DNA from: Christensenella sp. UBA941 | Lineage (GTDB): Bacteria > Bacillota > Clostridia > Christensenellales > UBA941 | Length of the DNA: 41,598 nt | Assembly: GCA_002293365.1 (NCBI GenBank) | Contig: DBDD01000334.1 | Coordinates: forward strand, 1 to 41,598 | Direction: 5' to 3' | In this document: positions 40,931 to 41,598 of the stretch, piece after piece | Position numbering within the stretch: the first letter of the stretch is position 1 | Layout of the letters: each line of letters opens with the position of its first letter | The notes under the pieces: model-generated | What the model was told of the DNA's origin: nothing | Seen by the model: only the letters and a program-made list of their open reading frames with translations | Databases searched by the model: none | Position numbers and translations under genes: made by a program

Positions 40931-40964
40931 TTCCCCGCCTCAATAATAAATTAATTTCGAATTA

Positions 40965-40993
40965 ATTATATCGCAAAAATAGTAAAACCACAA
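40965..40993 (-). promoter_or_regulatory. leftward early promoter
   Basis: Minus strand reads TTGTGG-17 nt-TATAAT. The -35 lies inside motif copy ACCACAATATAT (40987-40998). Confidence 0.55.
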
Positions 40994-41031
40994 TATATTG
41001 CGTTGTTTAATTCGTCTATACCACAATATAT
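40987..41031. repeat. two exact 12-nt direct repeats ACCACAATATAT, 33 nt apart (operator candidates)
   Basis: Copies at 40987-40998 and 41020-41031 in the divergent control region. Confidence 0.75.
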
Positions 41032-41075
41032 AGATTTTACAATTGTGAACAAATTATGAACAAACGAAAAATGTA

Positions 41076-41104
41076 TTGCTATTACTCCGATAAAGGAGTA
41101 TAAT
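41076..41104 (+). promoter_or_regulatory. rightward promoter
   Basis: TTGCTA-17 nt-TATAAT. A second weaker candidate, TCTATA-17-TACAAT, lies at 41015-41043. Confidence 0.55.
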
Positions 41105-41133
41105 GGACAAAAGAAGGAAGGGAGACCAGGATC

Positions 41134-41598
41134 ATGGCGTGGTACAAGATAAGCAAAGAGGACATCACGGAGTACAAAGCCCTTACCGGCGCGACGAACG
41201 ATTCCCTTAAAAATTCTCCCCTCTGGCTGTCGGTCGATTCCGATGGAGATTTCGTGGCCACAAACCGCGCCCGTCAAGCGTCTTTCTATCGCGAGCTTGA
41301 CGAAGCGAGAGAAGCGCAAGCGAAAAAGGCGTCCGCCGAAAAACTGGCCGCAAAACGCGCTGCTGGCGTAGTCACCTGGACGAAATACAACGGCGAATGG
41401 TGCCTGCTCGTCCCGACCGGCTCAGAAGCGCAAAAGGACGATATCGTCACCGTCTCCAAGCGGGACGGCTCCACCCAAGAAAAGATGCTCGGCGCGATAG
41501 TCGCGGAAACCCAGCGCGGCACATGCTACATAGCGCGTGACCCCGAAGTCAAAAAAGCCGCTCCCGCCGCTGTAGTCGCAGCGCCCGCCACAGACACC
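41134..41598 (+). CDS. hypothetical protein, partial (runs off right edge), divergent from the early operon
   Basis: Not in ORF track because no stop lies in the window. ATG after GGGAGA. 155 codons open to the window end (MAWYKISKEDITEYKALTG...). No HTH recognised. Confidence 0.55.
   Translation, partial: MAWYKISKEDITEYKALTGATNDSLKNSPLWLSVDSDGDFVATNRARQASFYRELDEAREAQAKKASAEKLAAKRAAGVVTWTKYNGEWCLLVPTGSEAQKDDIVTVSKRDGSTQEKMLGAIVAETQRGTCYIARDPEVKKAAPAAVVAAPATDT

Noticed and set aside
40966-41522. Minus-strand ORFs 40966..41319 (117 aa) and 41286..41522 (78 aa)
   Set aside because: The first runs through the AT-rich control region and its promoters. Both lie antisense to the better-supported plus-strand ORF starting at 41134.
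1-41598. Search for CRISPR arrays, rRNA, integrase/recombinase, transposase, att-site direct repeats, holin/endolysin
   Set aside because: I found no regularly spaced repeat-spacer structure and no rRNA-like sequence. No tyrosine- or serine-recombinase or DDE motifs were recognised in any ORF, and no lysis cassette. These functions presumably lie outside the window.

Overview
The window is most of one siphovirus-type prophage. Strong GGAGG ribosome-binding sites, a lipoprotein lipobox and a Cys_rich_KTR-type peptide suggest a Firmicutes/Clostridia-like host. Nearly all genes run right to left on the minus strand, often with ATGA/GTGA/TTGA start-stop overlaps. Read in that direction: (1) a divergent control region (40931-41133); (2) a short early operon ending in a terS-like gene and an intrinsic terminator; (3) an HNH block; (4) a roughly 13 kb gap-free early/middle operon (37432 to 24361); (5) a 634-nt non-coding gap; (6) the head and tail genes; (7) a 5.4 kb accessory island; (8) the tail-tip and fibre genes. 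The 13 kb operon encodes a wHTH replication-type protein, a sigma-region-4/RpoA-alpha-CTD fusion, a T5orf172 protein, a DUF1643-like protein, an MmcB-like nuclease, a radical SAM enzyme, three Lar-like proteins, two tandem HExxH proteins, a phage sigma factor and terL. The head and tail block runs from portal, scaffold, major capsid and connectors (with an inserted HNH gene) to the major tail protein, the G/G-T chaperone with an A-AAA-AAC slippery site, and a 1480-aa tape measure. The accessory island holds an ImmA/IrrE peptidase, an RHH plus Bro-N antirepressor pair, an SH3b lipoprotein and structured non-coding DNA. The fibre block is a Dit-like protein, an 887-aa tail protein with an S74-type chaperone, a collagen-like fibre and an FN3 fibre. 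No integrase, lysis cassette, att site, rRNA or CRISPR array is visible. The best candidates for something new are: the non-coding plus-strand unit at 23788-24356, which has its own promoter and terminator and contains two tRNA-like modules; the sigma4/alpha-CTD fusion protein; the immI-like island that splits the tail module; a second structured RNA candidate at about 6104-6466; and a recurrent ACCACAATAT motif inside several promoters. All family assignments come from motif recognition by eye, not from database searches.
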